The position numbers and the translations under genes were made by a program. DNA of 55,445 bases, filler included, from Streblomastix strix (lineage: Eukaryota), in assembly GCA_008636045.1 (NCBI GenBank). It is 2 parts of 2 records of this genome, joined end to end, with 100 filler letters (N's around TTAATTAATTAA, not from the genome) between each part and the next. Parts side by side here need not be neighbours in the genome. Positions count along the whole stretch, not along the records: positions 1 to 27,675 come from SNRW01000139.1; positions 27,776 to 55,445 come from SNRW01000140.1. One strand, 5' to 3'. A model generated the notes under the pieces. That model saw nothing but the letters and a program-made list of their open reading frames with translations. It made no database searches and was not told where the DNA came from. Numbering within the stretch: position 1 is the first letter of the stretch; every line of letters starts with the position of its first letter. Positions 24,165 to 53,460 of the stretch are shown here, one piece after another.

Positions 24165-25149
24165 CATGTTCAATTATTCATGATTTCACTAACAATTTCA
24201 GTGTAGCAACTTCAATAAATTTTAGATTTCCAAATATCAGAAGATTTTTTTATTTAGGCATAATAATATTGAATAATTCGCAAGATGGATAGCTTTTTTA
24301 GATATTTCTGATATGTATAGAGATGCACTTCCTCATATTGACACTATTATTCATAGTGAGTGTCCGAATTCATATAACGATTAGTTAGTTTATTCAATCA
24401 ATATATTTTAGCAAAAAAATTAAATTTTGACAATGGAAAATCTCAATGAAACTTAAAAATTATATTCAAAGGATATTATTGATGCTGTTAAAGTTGAACA
24501 CATATTGCAGAGATGATTTTCTTGGATTAATCAGCAAGAACTGAAAAAAAAAACATACATATAAATTACTTAATTATATTCCGGATAATGATGGATATTT
24601 TGTCTTAAATTGTGTTATTTTTAATATTAAGTAAATTTAATTAAAAAATTATTTTAATGAAAAAAAATCAAAAAATTCGTAAATGAGTGATTCCATCCAG
24701 AACTAATGAGCTTTATTTTTTTATGAAAATAATTTATAAATCATTTTAGAAACAATTTTTAAAAAATTAAAAAATCTTAATTTTGCTTAATTGGAAAAAG
24801 ATGAAAAAAATAAAAATTTCTTTTTTTTTGCCTCAAAGATGCATTATTAGATTAATGTTTATATTTATATTAATATAAATAAATATTTTAGTTATAATTA
24901 TTACAAATTTCTTCAGTTTTTACGGCAAGAGCAAACACAGTCGGCAATTTTTAATTATATTTTTTACTGAATTTTTTTATAAGTGTAAAATTAAGATTTT
25001 TGCATTAATGAAAATTATTAATATAAGTAATTTAAATGTTTTTAATAGAGATAAATTGAAGCAAATTAAATAAATGAAACATTTCCAAATATAATCGAAG
25101 AAAAATAAAATAAAATATATAAAGATAATATAATTTTAAGTACGATAAA

Positions 25150-27357
25150 TTAGATAACTGTAAATATAAATGAATTTGTGCTTGATTTATTGCTAAGATA
25201 ATTAATCGAACTATTAAGGGCAGATTATGCTACAACAGAGACAGGAGAAAAAATAGACAATATACCATTAGAAGTTCTGAATAACTTCAACATTTCAACA
25301 TTTTTTTGTATAACTTAAATTTAAAAGTTTGATGCTATGTTATTCTATTGAGAAAATCGTCAATTAAACGTGGGTTGTGTTATGGTATTAGATTAGTCAT
25401 ATAAACGTTGTCACTTATTATTCGTTGTACCATAGGATCTGGAGTTCACGAAGGTGAATCTGTTATAATTCTAAGAATGATTTTAAACATTACTGATGAC
25501 GATCTTCCTTTCGTTTTACATAGAAGATAATTCCTCGTTAAAGTATGTTATGCAATGACAATAAATAAAAGCTAAAGTCAAATACTCAATAAAGTAGGAC
25601 TTTACTAACTTCTTTAAGTATTAACACATGATTAGTTATACGTCGTATTGTCGAGATGTAAGAAATATAATGTTCTGAAAATAATTTCCTACGACTTCAA
25701 CTCGAATAAAAATAAACATATTTTAACAAATATTGTAGTGTTCTGCAATTTTGCCAAAATTACCAAAATGTAGTTTTTTTGAATGGCGTAGTTTCCAAAT
25801 ATGAAATGATTGAAAACAAAAATTAATAAAAAAAATATACAAAAATTAACTATAAAACATTTATTAGTTTAAATTGTTATTTCATATAAATTTGATAATA
25901 ATGCATATATTTAAAATTAAATTTAATTTGATCTGGCGATTAAATAATAAGTTTTTTTTAAAAATTAAATTTTTAGCGATTTATTTCCATAGATAAATTA
26001 TTAATAGGAGTTAATATATATGATTATAATATATATTATAAATATAATTATAATAAATTATAAGGGCGATCATAATTATGTGTATCTATGAAGATATTGG
26101 CAGATGGCGGTGCATTTTCCACTTTGGTGAAAATTTTTAGCTTTGGCGTAATTTTGCCAAAGGGAAATTTTTTTCGCCAATAGGGAAAAATGCATTGCCA
26201 AAGGCAAAATCATCATCACTAACAATACATCTTAATTGCCTGGTTACTCAAATCAATAGGTAACAATAAATTCTATAAAAAGATTATAATTTCAAAATAT
26301 TCAATGTCATGTTGGCCTAACGAACACACTGGAAAACAAATTTTTTTTTATAAACTACAAATTTATGTGTTAATTCTAATAGTCTATATATGAAATGAAA
26401 ATACATTCGTAAAATCTTTAAAAAATAGTTATTTCAATAAGTTATAACCAGCTTATAACGAACAAAATGTTTAATTTACATTTTCCAATATATTCATAGT
26501 ATGAATTAGTTAGCATTTTTTATATTTGGTTTATTTTCTTCCGATTTAATAAATTTATACAACTTTTCAAACAAATTACCAGTTGTACATTTCAGTGTAA
26601 TAATTTTTGTTTTTATCATTTATGTCATACTTTTACTTTAAATTTTATGCTATATTAATTTAATTTGCACATTTAAAGTTCAATTATGTATAATTTAATA
26701 AATGATTTCTACTGTACATCCGGGATTTTAGTTAAGAAACTCATTTTGATAAAATGACATATTTCTCTTAACACTTCCACTTTATATATTTATCTTTATT
26801 CTGAACCTATTATGTTCTTATGAAATACCTATAAATATTACATACAAATATAAATTTTACACACTCAACACTTTCTGATTTTTTTATATAATTTTTTATT
26901 ATTTTATTTTCTTGCTTTCTCAACTAAATGATTCTTTCAGTTTGTGCTGATACATATATCAGTATGTATATCATAAATACTTTAATTTTATATTATTGAG
27001 ATCTTTATATTTGGCTTATTTTACAATTACTTTTCCATTTTTATTAATTTTTTATCTTTAAAGTTCAAATAAAAACATACTCAATAAATATAATATATAT
27101 GATTTGTCTTTTATTTTATTAGTATAAACGAGTTATATATGAAAATATTAAAAATTACCTTAATTATATTATTAATCTTCGGATAATTGAAATGAATAAT
27201 TTTACTATATTTTTCACCACCCTGTAAAATAATAAATTTGCTTAAAATTTATTTTTTACTGGCAATTACGCCCGCCATAAAATAAAATTTGGCAAAATTG
27301 CATGTCAGTAAAATATTGTTTGATTTTATTGCCACATTTGTGGCAGGTCTTAACTAG
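25150..27357 (+). mobile_element. Helitron 3' remnant (Pif1 helicase C-terminus, hairpin, CTAG end), split by a hAT insertion
   Basis: LPFVLHRRQFLVKVCYAMTINKSQSQILNKVGLY...HDQLYVVLSR...TNIV (25150-25735). After the insertion come the hairpin TGCCACA-TT-TGTGGCA (27330-27345) and CTAG|T (27354-27357). Confidence 0.85.
25736..27310. mobile_element. Non-autonomous hAT-type element
   Basis: Imperfect TIRs TAGTGTTCTGCAATTTTGCCAAA / TTTGGCAAAATTGCATGTCAGTA, and a perfect 8-bp TSD AAATATTG at 25728-25735 and 27311-27318. Confidence 0.88.
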
Positions 27358-27675
27358 TGTTTTTAATTGATAGAATAAATTTAACAATAACTTTTTACTT
27401 ACATATTAAATCTGAAAATTAATTATTATTTGTATATTATATTCCTATTTTAATATAAAATTGATTAAAACATTTCAATATTTATATCTTATATACCAAA
27501 TTATTTCACATCAAATTTATATCTAAAATATAATATAATTCATACTTTATAATTAAATTTTAACAATATAATTGTCTTTAATAAATTTTTCTAGAAGACA
27601 ATGGCTGTAGATAATTTTAGTACCAACGTTCTTGCGCGGTATTTCGTCTTTTTTCAATTTTTTTTTTCAAATTCA

Positions 27676-27775
27676 NNNNNNNNNNNNNNNNNNNNNNNNN
27701 NNNNNNNNNNNNNNNNNNNTTAATTAATTAANNNNNNNNNNNNNNNNNNNNNNNNNNNNNNNNNNNNNNNNNNNN
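27676..27775. other. Artificial contig-joining spacer
   Basis: Exactly N44 + TTAATTAATTAA + N44 = 100 nt, a six-frame stop linker. The flanking pieces are nearly equal in length (27675 and 27670 nt). Confidence 0.92.
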
Positions 27776-44610
<16,835 letters not shown>

Positions 44611-45627
44611 TTCGACGAATTGTGGTATGGAGCCTAATTGAGCCAGTTTGCTTAAATGATTTTTTATTTATTTTATATACTTTTAGTTTAATATTTGGTA
44701 AATGGCAATTTGCTAAGAAGTAGTTTAATAGATATTGAGTACATCATATATTTCAAAATTCGAGATAATTATATTTTCAAAAATGATAATTAGTAATAAT
44801 TATTAATTTTTTATAAAATAGGATAATTGGTAAAGTAAAAAACAGTGATAATATCAAAATTTCATTAATTAATGTTCATCATTTCTTAGAAAAATTTTTT
44901 TTAATCATTTTTATATGAAATTAACCAATAATTATTAAAAATATTATAATGTACTATGTTATTTTTATTAAAATTTAAAAATTCATTATATTTTGTAGTT
45001 ACATTGAATTTATAATATTATATATAGTCATTCCCTGCTTTTGTAAATTTATAAATTTTTGCAAATGAATATATACTACAAAATCATTCTTTAGATAACT
45101 AATATTGAAAATTTTTCATTTTTTTTAAAAGTTTAACTTTAAATGCTTAAAAATTAAAAATTCAATATTTTCTTTAAAATAATTATTATTTAATGTTATA
45201 TTTAGCAAATATGGGTTGTAGTCAATTGAAGAGGATTAGTGCCCCACATCAAAGAAATTAAATAAATATATGCAAATAAATTATGTTAAGTAAATAAATT
45301 ATATAATTAAATTAATTTAATAAATAATACAAAGTATTGTAAGACAGAATATTCATATGAATTAAGTTAATGAATAACATGACTGATAGAGGTTAATGAA
45401 TGAATTAAAGAAGTACGTAATTGATGCTCATTATTGCGTTGCATTTTTTGTACGTATAACACTCATCGTCTTCATATAACTACATAAGTAGGTAGATGGT
45501 GTAGAGTCATGGTTTATCGTTAATGGAAACTTAATATGTGTTGATGAAATCATTGAATATTTGAACATACACAATATAAAATTTATGAAACGTGAGTGGA
45601 AAACTTCAATAGAAGAACGTAATTGGC

Positions 45628-45740
45628 ACATGAAATTGATATGGATAGTGAATTTCTTTTAACTGCACCGAGTGCATCGGGTGCACCGAGTCAAATGAGT
45701 TTTATGAAAAATGCCAAACAATGCAACAGAAGGTCGAAAC
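45628..45740 (+). repeat. Diverged iteron repeat, copy 7 (+)
   Basis: AAATTGATATGGATAGTGAATTTCTTTTAACTGCACCGAGTGCATCGGGTGCACCGAGTCAAATGAGT. Shares TTTTAACTGCACCG.GTGCATCG with copy 1. Confidence 0.85.
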
Positions 45741-45759
45741 ATGAAAAAATAAATTTGAT

Positions 45760-48202
45760 TCAAATGTTTATATCATCATTTATATCTTCATTAACATAAT
45801 GATCTTTTTCTCTTATCCTATCATATAATTTTATTAAATCTTCATTCAATTTATATATGCATGTCAGATTTCTTGAAATCATTTTGTATATGCTTTGACA
45901 TTTATTTTTTAAATATAATTAGAATGATTTTTCTTTACCATCGTACGGTTTGAATTATAATGCAATAGTGCAACGCACGTCTTCTTTAAACGCTTGATAA
46001 TTTTATAAGATTACACCATCTAGTTATGAACATGATACTCTAATTATATCTTTTTTCGCTTCTGTGAATGGAATGATTCTTTGATTCCATCTTTCAAAAT
46101 TTCTGTTTATAAAATAAGTAAATATTTTTATTGTAAAATTTAGTTGTGAAACCATTTGATAGAGAAGTGAAATATTCAACTTCATCTCTATGAACTGCTT
46201 TACATCTCAATGCAACATAACGTCTAATATTAGCTTCAATCATGATTGAGAAATCGTTGATGGTCAACAGTATCAAATTCATGACATTCTCCTACGTTCT
46301 GCGAGGTTAATTTTTCTCGTTTATTCTTATTGAACTTTCTGTTTTAATTGACTTCAAAGCATCCATGTTCGAATATCTTGCTTCTCCAAAGTTTTTGAAG
46401 TCATCAGCTATTCCAAAAATTATATTTTCAACGACAGAATTAAATTGGCCTATAAATTCACTAAAATTCATAATATTTTTAATTGAATAAGCAGCTAATA
46501 ATTCACATAAAATTTCTGTGAATCTGTTCTTGCTTATACCTTAACTTGCATTACAATACCAATGTCACCTCTGATTTAACACCAACATTTTATATATCTA
46601 ATGCAAACCAATTAAGTATATTATTGGATAAATTTTCTTCTTTTGCAGCAATTTTTTCACATATTATATTTAAATAATCGTTAATTAGGCCTTCATTAAC
46701 AGTAGGCAATTATTAATATTTATAGCCTTAAAATATACTGAAAATTTTCGATTCATCAATTACAAATCTAATACATCTCAAAGCAAATAGAGAATGGTAT
46801 TGTTCAAATGTATTTTTTAATGATACTTTCATTTATTCATCATCACATATTTTTACTATTTATAACTAGTCAAAAACCCCTGTTTTAGTCATATATTCAA
46901 ATTTATTTTTTTTATTTATTGCATCGTATTATTTGATAATAAATACTGAGCCACCATGACTTGACGAATATCTTTAAATTCGAATTAAATCTTATGCAAT
47001 TAAATTTTATTTTATCATTCTATATTCTCCATTAAATATTTATTCTTATACACCTATTAGTGTAAATTATCTCTTAAGTCAATTTCAAACAAATTAATTT
47101 ATTTTTTCTTCTTTAAATTTTGATTATAAATATGGTTTTATCGCATCGATTTAATATTATTGATTATGATATTTATCAATCTTTTATAGAAATCAAAGGT
47201 TTGCTTTCGAATAAAATCTTGACTTTTTGAACTCCCAATTTTGAATAGCATTTTCATTTAAATTATTTTATGTCTAAAAATTGATATAAGCACCATCAAC
47301 GTAATATTTAATTTCATCTTATGAAAACCTATCAACAAATTCATGCCCATTTAGTTTTGTAAATAAGCATAATAACATTATCTCTCGTTCGACTTTCTAA
47401 GAATCATTATGTATCTATAAATGTTAAATTCCTTCAACTAATAATTCAGCTAATTCTTTATTCATTTTTCTTAATGAAGCATCATTAATAATTATTCTCT
47501 TTTCTTCATCAAATTATGCTCGTAAATCTCTATCATTAATATTAAATATTTTATCTAATTTTGCCAGATAATTTTTTCTATCAAATTATTTAAATCATAA
47601 TATTTTAAATTTATTTTTTTCTAATTTTTTCTTCTCTAATTGTTGATCTTGGAAGAATTACAAGTATTTAGCTATCATTTATATGAGAAAATATATCAAC
47701 ATCGAAATTTTCAGTATGAATGATTTTAAGTTATGAATTATTTTTAATTAGATTTTCATCTTTATCAATGTATATATGTAATCGTCCGTGTACTATCTTA
47801 GTGAGTCCATCATTAGAAGATAAATTTTCAATAATTTAATTTCTTATTTCTGTTATTTTTTCATCCGCCAAATCTTTCTTGATATTAAAATTCATTATAC
47901 ATAATTATTCATCGCATTTGCCTAAATCAACTGTTTAACCTGTATTTGAACCTTTTTTCTATTGGTATGCTTCATAAAATTGTATAATGGAGTAATAGCT
48001 TCTTTAAATCGTTGGCAAATAGTTAAATTTTTATATTTCAAATTATTTTAGATATATTTGTTTGAAAAGCTAAAATTATTTTGTTAATTTATCTCTTTTT
48101 CTTTTGTTCATCGGTCAAATCATCAGTTATTTCAGATGAATATAACAAATTATTTATAGCATTTGTTTGATTTTTGACTGACTCAGCTTTTGAAGATGCT
48201 AT
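45760..48202 (-). pseudogene. AEP-type primase-polymerase fused to an SF3 helicase
   Basis: N-terminal GQTVDLGKC..CIMNFNI, VHGRLHIY and FDVDIFS..LVILPRS (degenerate Prim-Pol motifs). C-terminal FSIFQGY, ILNWF, QGISKNRF, GQFNSVVEN, INEK and IRRYV. Many frameshifts. Confidence 0.75.
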
Positions 48203-48292
48203 TTTATATACTGCTAAAAAGTTGAATTAACTAAAAACTTTTTGAGTTTTTTTTAAATAACGTTAGTTACTTATTTTTTTAATTTATTATCT

Positions 48293-48405
48293 TCCGACTA
48301 TCTGTCACATCGACTGACATTTTTAGTAGTACTCATTTGACTCAGTGCACTCGATGCTCTCGGGGCAGTTAAAAGTAATTCACTATCCGTATCAATTTTT
48401 CATGT
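48293..48405 (-). repeat. Diverged iteron repeat, copy 8 (-), inverted partner of copy 7
   Basis: ACTCATTTGACTCAGTGCACTCGATGCTCTCGGGGCAGTTAAAAGTAATTCACTATCCGTATCAATTT. Confidence 0.85.
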
Positions 48406-48778
48406 CATAATCATGAACTTTTATATTGCAAAATTAGTGTGCATAAACAGTTCAAGATATCAATTTAAAATTTGTTTCTGAATTCTACATTTCAACATTG
48501 TATATAAATTTCAATCTCAAGGCTAAAATGAAACATTAATTTTTTGGCTTATTTTTGGCTCTATTTAAAAGTCTTTATAAATTGAAATTAAAAAATTAAA
48601 AATAAAAAAATAACTTTACTTCCATGAAATTTTAAAATCATTTGATAATCAACTATATTTACCTTTCATATATGCTGATTCCGAATATGATTGCTTTTGC
48701 TTAATCTGAAACAATTGATTAGGCTCAATTATTGGTTTTATTTTACGCGAATAATTAAACATTTTTATTATTATTGAA

Positions 48779-49393
48779 ATGAAAAGTCCTTCAATTTCAG
48801 AAATATAACCATAATTCGAAATGGAAATTGAAGTAAATGCTGTTATAGTTGCAGTTACATCACAAATTGACCCATTTCAGCAACCATTTCAGCAACAAGT
48901 CGCTGAAAGCAGCATTTCTACGAAAGTTATTAGATGTGAAACGCCAACCTTATCAGCAAGGCATAGAAGTTCAATATTTGAAGAAACTTTAACTCCAGAC
49001 CCATCAATGTGTCGTTGGCTGTTGGATATCATTAGTGACGAAGAACACATAGTTTAAGAATCTGTATATTTCTTACTATCTGAAAATTAGTTGATTCTGA
49101 TTAATGCTTACACTTTTGATGTGCATGAAAATTAAGTTTGATTTAGTATAGAGGACGAAGGATGTTGTGGTAGATTCCGCAGTAATTCAACTTAAACATT
49201 AAATGAAACATTAATTAGAAACGTTAGTGTTCTGAAGCAAGACATCGGAAAAGAAAATTTATTAAAGTATAGTTACAAAATTTGGATAAAAAAATTTGAA
49301 AAAAGAACATGTATTTTAGATTTATTTAAGATTACAAGTAAAATTCTCTACACAATATCAAAAGTATTAATGACAGTATTAAATAAAATTTGA
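48779..49393 (+). pseudogene. Viral hypothetical protein (~204 aa)
   Basis: MKSPSISEIQ...CRWLLDIISDEEH...EGCCG...VLNKI* in a single frame with one internal TGA (49139). Paralogue at 5047-5504. Confidence 0.7.
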
Positions 49394-49499
49394 AACCGTT
49401 AATAAAATATTTTTATTTTTATAAAATGGATGGAGATTTACATATGTTTGACGTTGTTCTAAATAAAATAACGAGACAAATTAAATGACAAAAGACAAA

Positions 49500-51312
49500 T
49501 CCAACACAAATTTAGATAAGAAAAAAGATTTTGAGTAAATAATGCAAGAAGAAACAGAAAAAAAGGAATTAAATAAAAAAGATTAAGAGAAATAATAAAT
49601 GATTAAATAAGATAATTAAGAGAAAACGTAAACGTTAAGCTTTAAATAAAATAGTGAGAAAGAAAAAGAAAAAATTAAAAGGATAAAGAAGAATATTAAA
49701 AAAAATATAAAAAGTGATGAAGATCAGGACGATGATTAAGATTACGGTGAATATGAATAATTCTATGAAGAAGAAACTGAGAAATATGAAAAAAAACGTT
49801 AAATAATAAGAAAAATTTTCAGAAAACATAAATTAAAAAGAAATGAAAATAGAATGAGAAGTAAATACTAAACTAAAAATAGCCAAAATATTACAGATAA
49901 AGAAATTGAATAAAATGATTAATAAGAAATTGATGAAATTTAATCCGATTCCTAAGACAAAAATTCTGAATTCAAAAAAATTGATTAATATTCAAAAGAT
50001 TCCCTTGTCTATCTTCAATATAACTTAACCGAAACATTACCGTTCTTTTTTCCTCGTCTCGTATACAAAGGAAACGAAATAATTAAATATGTTGTGAATG
50101 CTTCACCTGAACTCAAAGAACAACTTTAATAAACTATTGTACTTTCTGTTGAGTTAAGAGAATCATAAATAGCAAAAGAATTTGTAGCAGTTTATATGAA
50201 ATATATGATGCATAGATGGTTGAGCACTTCTGAAATAATACATTTCATTAAATTACAAATATTAGCAGTTGCAAGATCTACTCTTGTCGAAATTAATTGA
50301 CTATTTTAATCATACAACTTCATTTCATCTATCCTCTATTTTATCACATAAGTTGAAGGAGAAACGGTATAAGATAAAGGTGTTTTCTCAATTGCATTTT
50401 AATAAATTCATACTTATAACAATAATTATTGACTAACCCTCAATGAATGTTGATAAATAAATATTAATATTAATCATTAATGAAATTATTAATGAAATAA
50501 TAATTAATGATGTTGTAATCTCTTCGTTTGCTTTATCATGATTAGTAATATTTTTGATACAATAAGCAAAATTTTTCTAAACAAAAATAAACAAAAAAGG
50601 ACAAAAATTTCAAAAAGAATACATTTTTACACTAAATTGATATAAACATAAGAATTAGGGAAGTAATTGATGTTTAAAAGGAAGATTCTTGTGAAGATTC
50701 AGCTTCAGAAAATTTTATCAATTCATTAAATGATTTAACAAGCACAGAATTTGAGGATTCTGAAGACTTGGATGTATAGGATTTGGAGATGAAAAATAAA
50801 AAACCGGAATAAAGAGAACAGCCCGAAGGATTATAACAAAAAGAATAAATATAAAATCAACATATACATGAATAAAATGAATAAATTCCGACTCATAAGA
50901 ATATTTTGAATGAATTGAAAGAGAAATATATTTTGTTGAGAGTGAAAAACTAAATTAGAATTCTAATAAAAAAACATATATTCACAAATGAAAAATAAAA
51001 ATATTTGAAGTGATAAATTAAATTCATAAATTATATATCTTAGATAGAGAAATTCCCTGTTTGGATGGTTAAAATAAATGAAAAAGGTTGAAATGGTATG
51101 GATGGCTAAGAGGTACAAAAATATTGAGAGAATGTGCCGATTTCGCCTTTCGCTTACACGAAACAGTAGCTTCAGAGGCTTGATGTGAACGTTTAATTGG
51201 TGAATCAACATTTGTAAATGGTGACAGAAGAGGAAAACTTAGAATAGAGATTCTATTAGGAATTCTCTAAATAATTCATTAGTTAAAATAGAAACTATAT
51301 TATTAATTATGA
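49500..51312 (+). pseudogene. hAT-family transposase remnant
   Basis: HRWLSTSEII (an RWxS motif) and a C-terminal dimerisation-like segment CADFAFRLHETVASEA*CERLIG...DRRGKL. Decayed. Confidence 0.6.
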
Positions 51313-52699
51313 GGAATTAATTTAACATTTAATTGATTGTTAAAAATTGTCATTTCATTTAAAATTTTTCATTTAAACAACTTATTATTCTTAATTTAAA
51401 ATTAATTTATTATTTTACTCATTAAATTCAGATATTAATATTAATTCTAATATTTATATTTTTAATGGCATAAATAGTTTTAATAGTACGTTTTATATAT
51501 TAATATTAACTTATTTTTACTGCAAAATGCACTTCAGACTCAACAACAGCTGATGTAAATGGTATAAATGGGGCTGCAAGTTGAAAACATCATTCTGGTA
51601 TTTCAAACAACTGAAGTTGAAATCATACTGATCTCCTAGGTGCTGCAAGTACAGCTTTTGCACACATAATTGGAGAAGTAGATATTGATATTAGTGCTTG
51701 GATATTTTCAGCAAGTCCTTGTAATATAGTAAGTGTCATGCTCGAATTCAACTAATCTCAGCACAGCACAACAGTTTCAGCAGACTCCAAACCTATATTC
51801 ATCACAATATAACAATTAATCTAGACAAATTTGGTCATATTCACTTAGCAATAGATTAGCACCTCAAATAAATAATTTAGCATTATCTGAATCTTATCTT
51901 TTAATTATCTAGCATCATGTTTTATCATTTTCTTTATCATTTCAGCTGTAATTAGCACAAATTTTTATATATATTAGAGCAATTTTTGAATAAAACACGA
52001 TTTTATGGCTTTATCGCATGAAATATAACAATATTAATAAAATTAATAATTTAACATGTAATATTCAACATTCATGTGACACATATATCAATTTATTTTA
52101 ATATTTATGCACTATACACTTCAGAAATTGAAACGATAAATTTTAATCAAAAACTTAATAAAAACCCAAGAAGCAATAATATCTATAAAACTTAATACCT
52201 ATCTTTTTACAAATAATACTATTTAATAATGTAATGAACAATAAATAACAATTAAATTGCTATACTTATTCAACATCCTATATATATAAAAATTTATACA
52301 AATTTTTTCAACATCATATAACACATTTTTATTTTATTCTAAGATCATGACAAACGAATAGATGCTCCATACTAATTGGACTGCCCTATCCTACAAAACT
52401 CCCTGGAGCACTTCAGCAACCCTAATAAAATTTATAAAAATATCTTAAATATAGAATGTTTTGCAAAAAATGGAACAAAATTGTGCAATTTCTTAATAAA
52501 GTATAAAGTTCAAACAGCATTTTAGCTAATAGATAAAGTTAAATCATAAATAAATGCAACTGTTAATATAAAAACTAGTAAAAAAAATGAAGGCTAAGAA
52601 AAGCAAAAGATAATAAATGTAAAGAGATGGTTAGTTGGAAAATAAAGACGGATATGTGATAAATAATAATGAGTAGGAAGATAACTCAAATAATTCGTG

Positions 52700-53460
52700 T
52701 GAAAATGATACCGTCGCTCATTTCATTTATCAATTAACAAATATTCTTTTATTCTAATCATATTGCTTTGTTCACAAATCAAATATAATTATAAAACATT
52801 CAAGTAATTTTTATGAAAGATTCACAAGGTAAATTAAGTTTATTACATTGTTAGGAAAAATTTAAAATAAAAAATATATGAAAAGATTAATCAGTGTTGA
52901 TTATTCTGATTACATGAAGCAGAGATGGATAAATCCATCAATATTGATTTATTTCTTAACTAAACATAAATAGCAAATAGAAAATCAAACCACAGTAGAC
53001 ATCTATTCATTGTTTGCATCATTTTGATTAATTCAAACAATATTGGATTTAATCGCTTCGGTTGAAGAGGATATTAATGTTGCAAATATAGTAAATCATC
53101 TTATTATGTAAATAATATTCATAAAATTATTGAATTATTATGTGCTAAGATAATTAATGTATAGAAACTTAATTATAATAGTTATATATTGCAAAAATGT
53201 AGTTAAATTAATTTCTGAATGTTTCAATTCGGATGGTATACCGATGTTCTCCAGGGATTGAATATTATTTTTAATCACGTATATTGACAAAAAATAATAA
53301 TAATACCACAAACTTTCAAAAATTGTCCATGATTCGCAAAATTTGATCATAATACTTGCCCTTAACGTAAATAATAATAAAATCGTTATAAGTTGAATTG
53401 TTGAAATTATAAAGAAAATGTTCAAATGGCTAGAAAAGAAATTAAAATATTTTTTCTAAC
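52700..53460 (+). pseudogene. Possible second, more decayed hAT transposase fragment
   Basis: YMKQRWINPSILIYFL...IASVEED resembles YMMHRWLSTSEIIHFI...ITQVEGE in the upstream remnant. Confidence 0.35.

Larger units (their letters stand above)
1396..24170 (+). mobile_element. Decayed endogenous Polinton/Maverick-like DNA virus
   Basis: Densely packed intronless genes (TAR=Gln code) for pPolB, rve integrase, A32-like ATPase, putative major and minor capsid, SF3 helicase, KilA-N and fibre proteins. Many frameshifts and TGA stops. Termini and TSD were not identified, so the boundaries are approximate. Confidence 0.9.
45238..49464 (+). mobile_element. Left part of a second, related Polinton-like element
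   Basis: Candidate terminus AGTGCCCCACAT, a repeat-flanked primase-helicase gene, a paralogue of the 5047-5504 gene, and the first codons of the fibre gene (MDGDLHMFDVVLN at 49426), where it is truncated. Confidence 0.75.

Noticed and set aside
27500..27675. Continuation of the USP gene across the N gap
   Set aside because: The gap is a contig-joining linker, so adjacency cannot be assumed.
51520..51960. Slightly GC-richer coding-like stretch
   Set aside because: No recognisable protein motif in the frames I translated.
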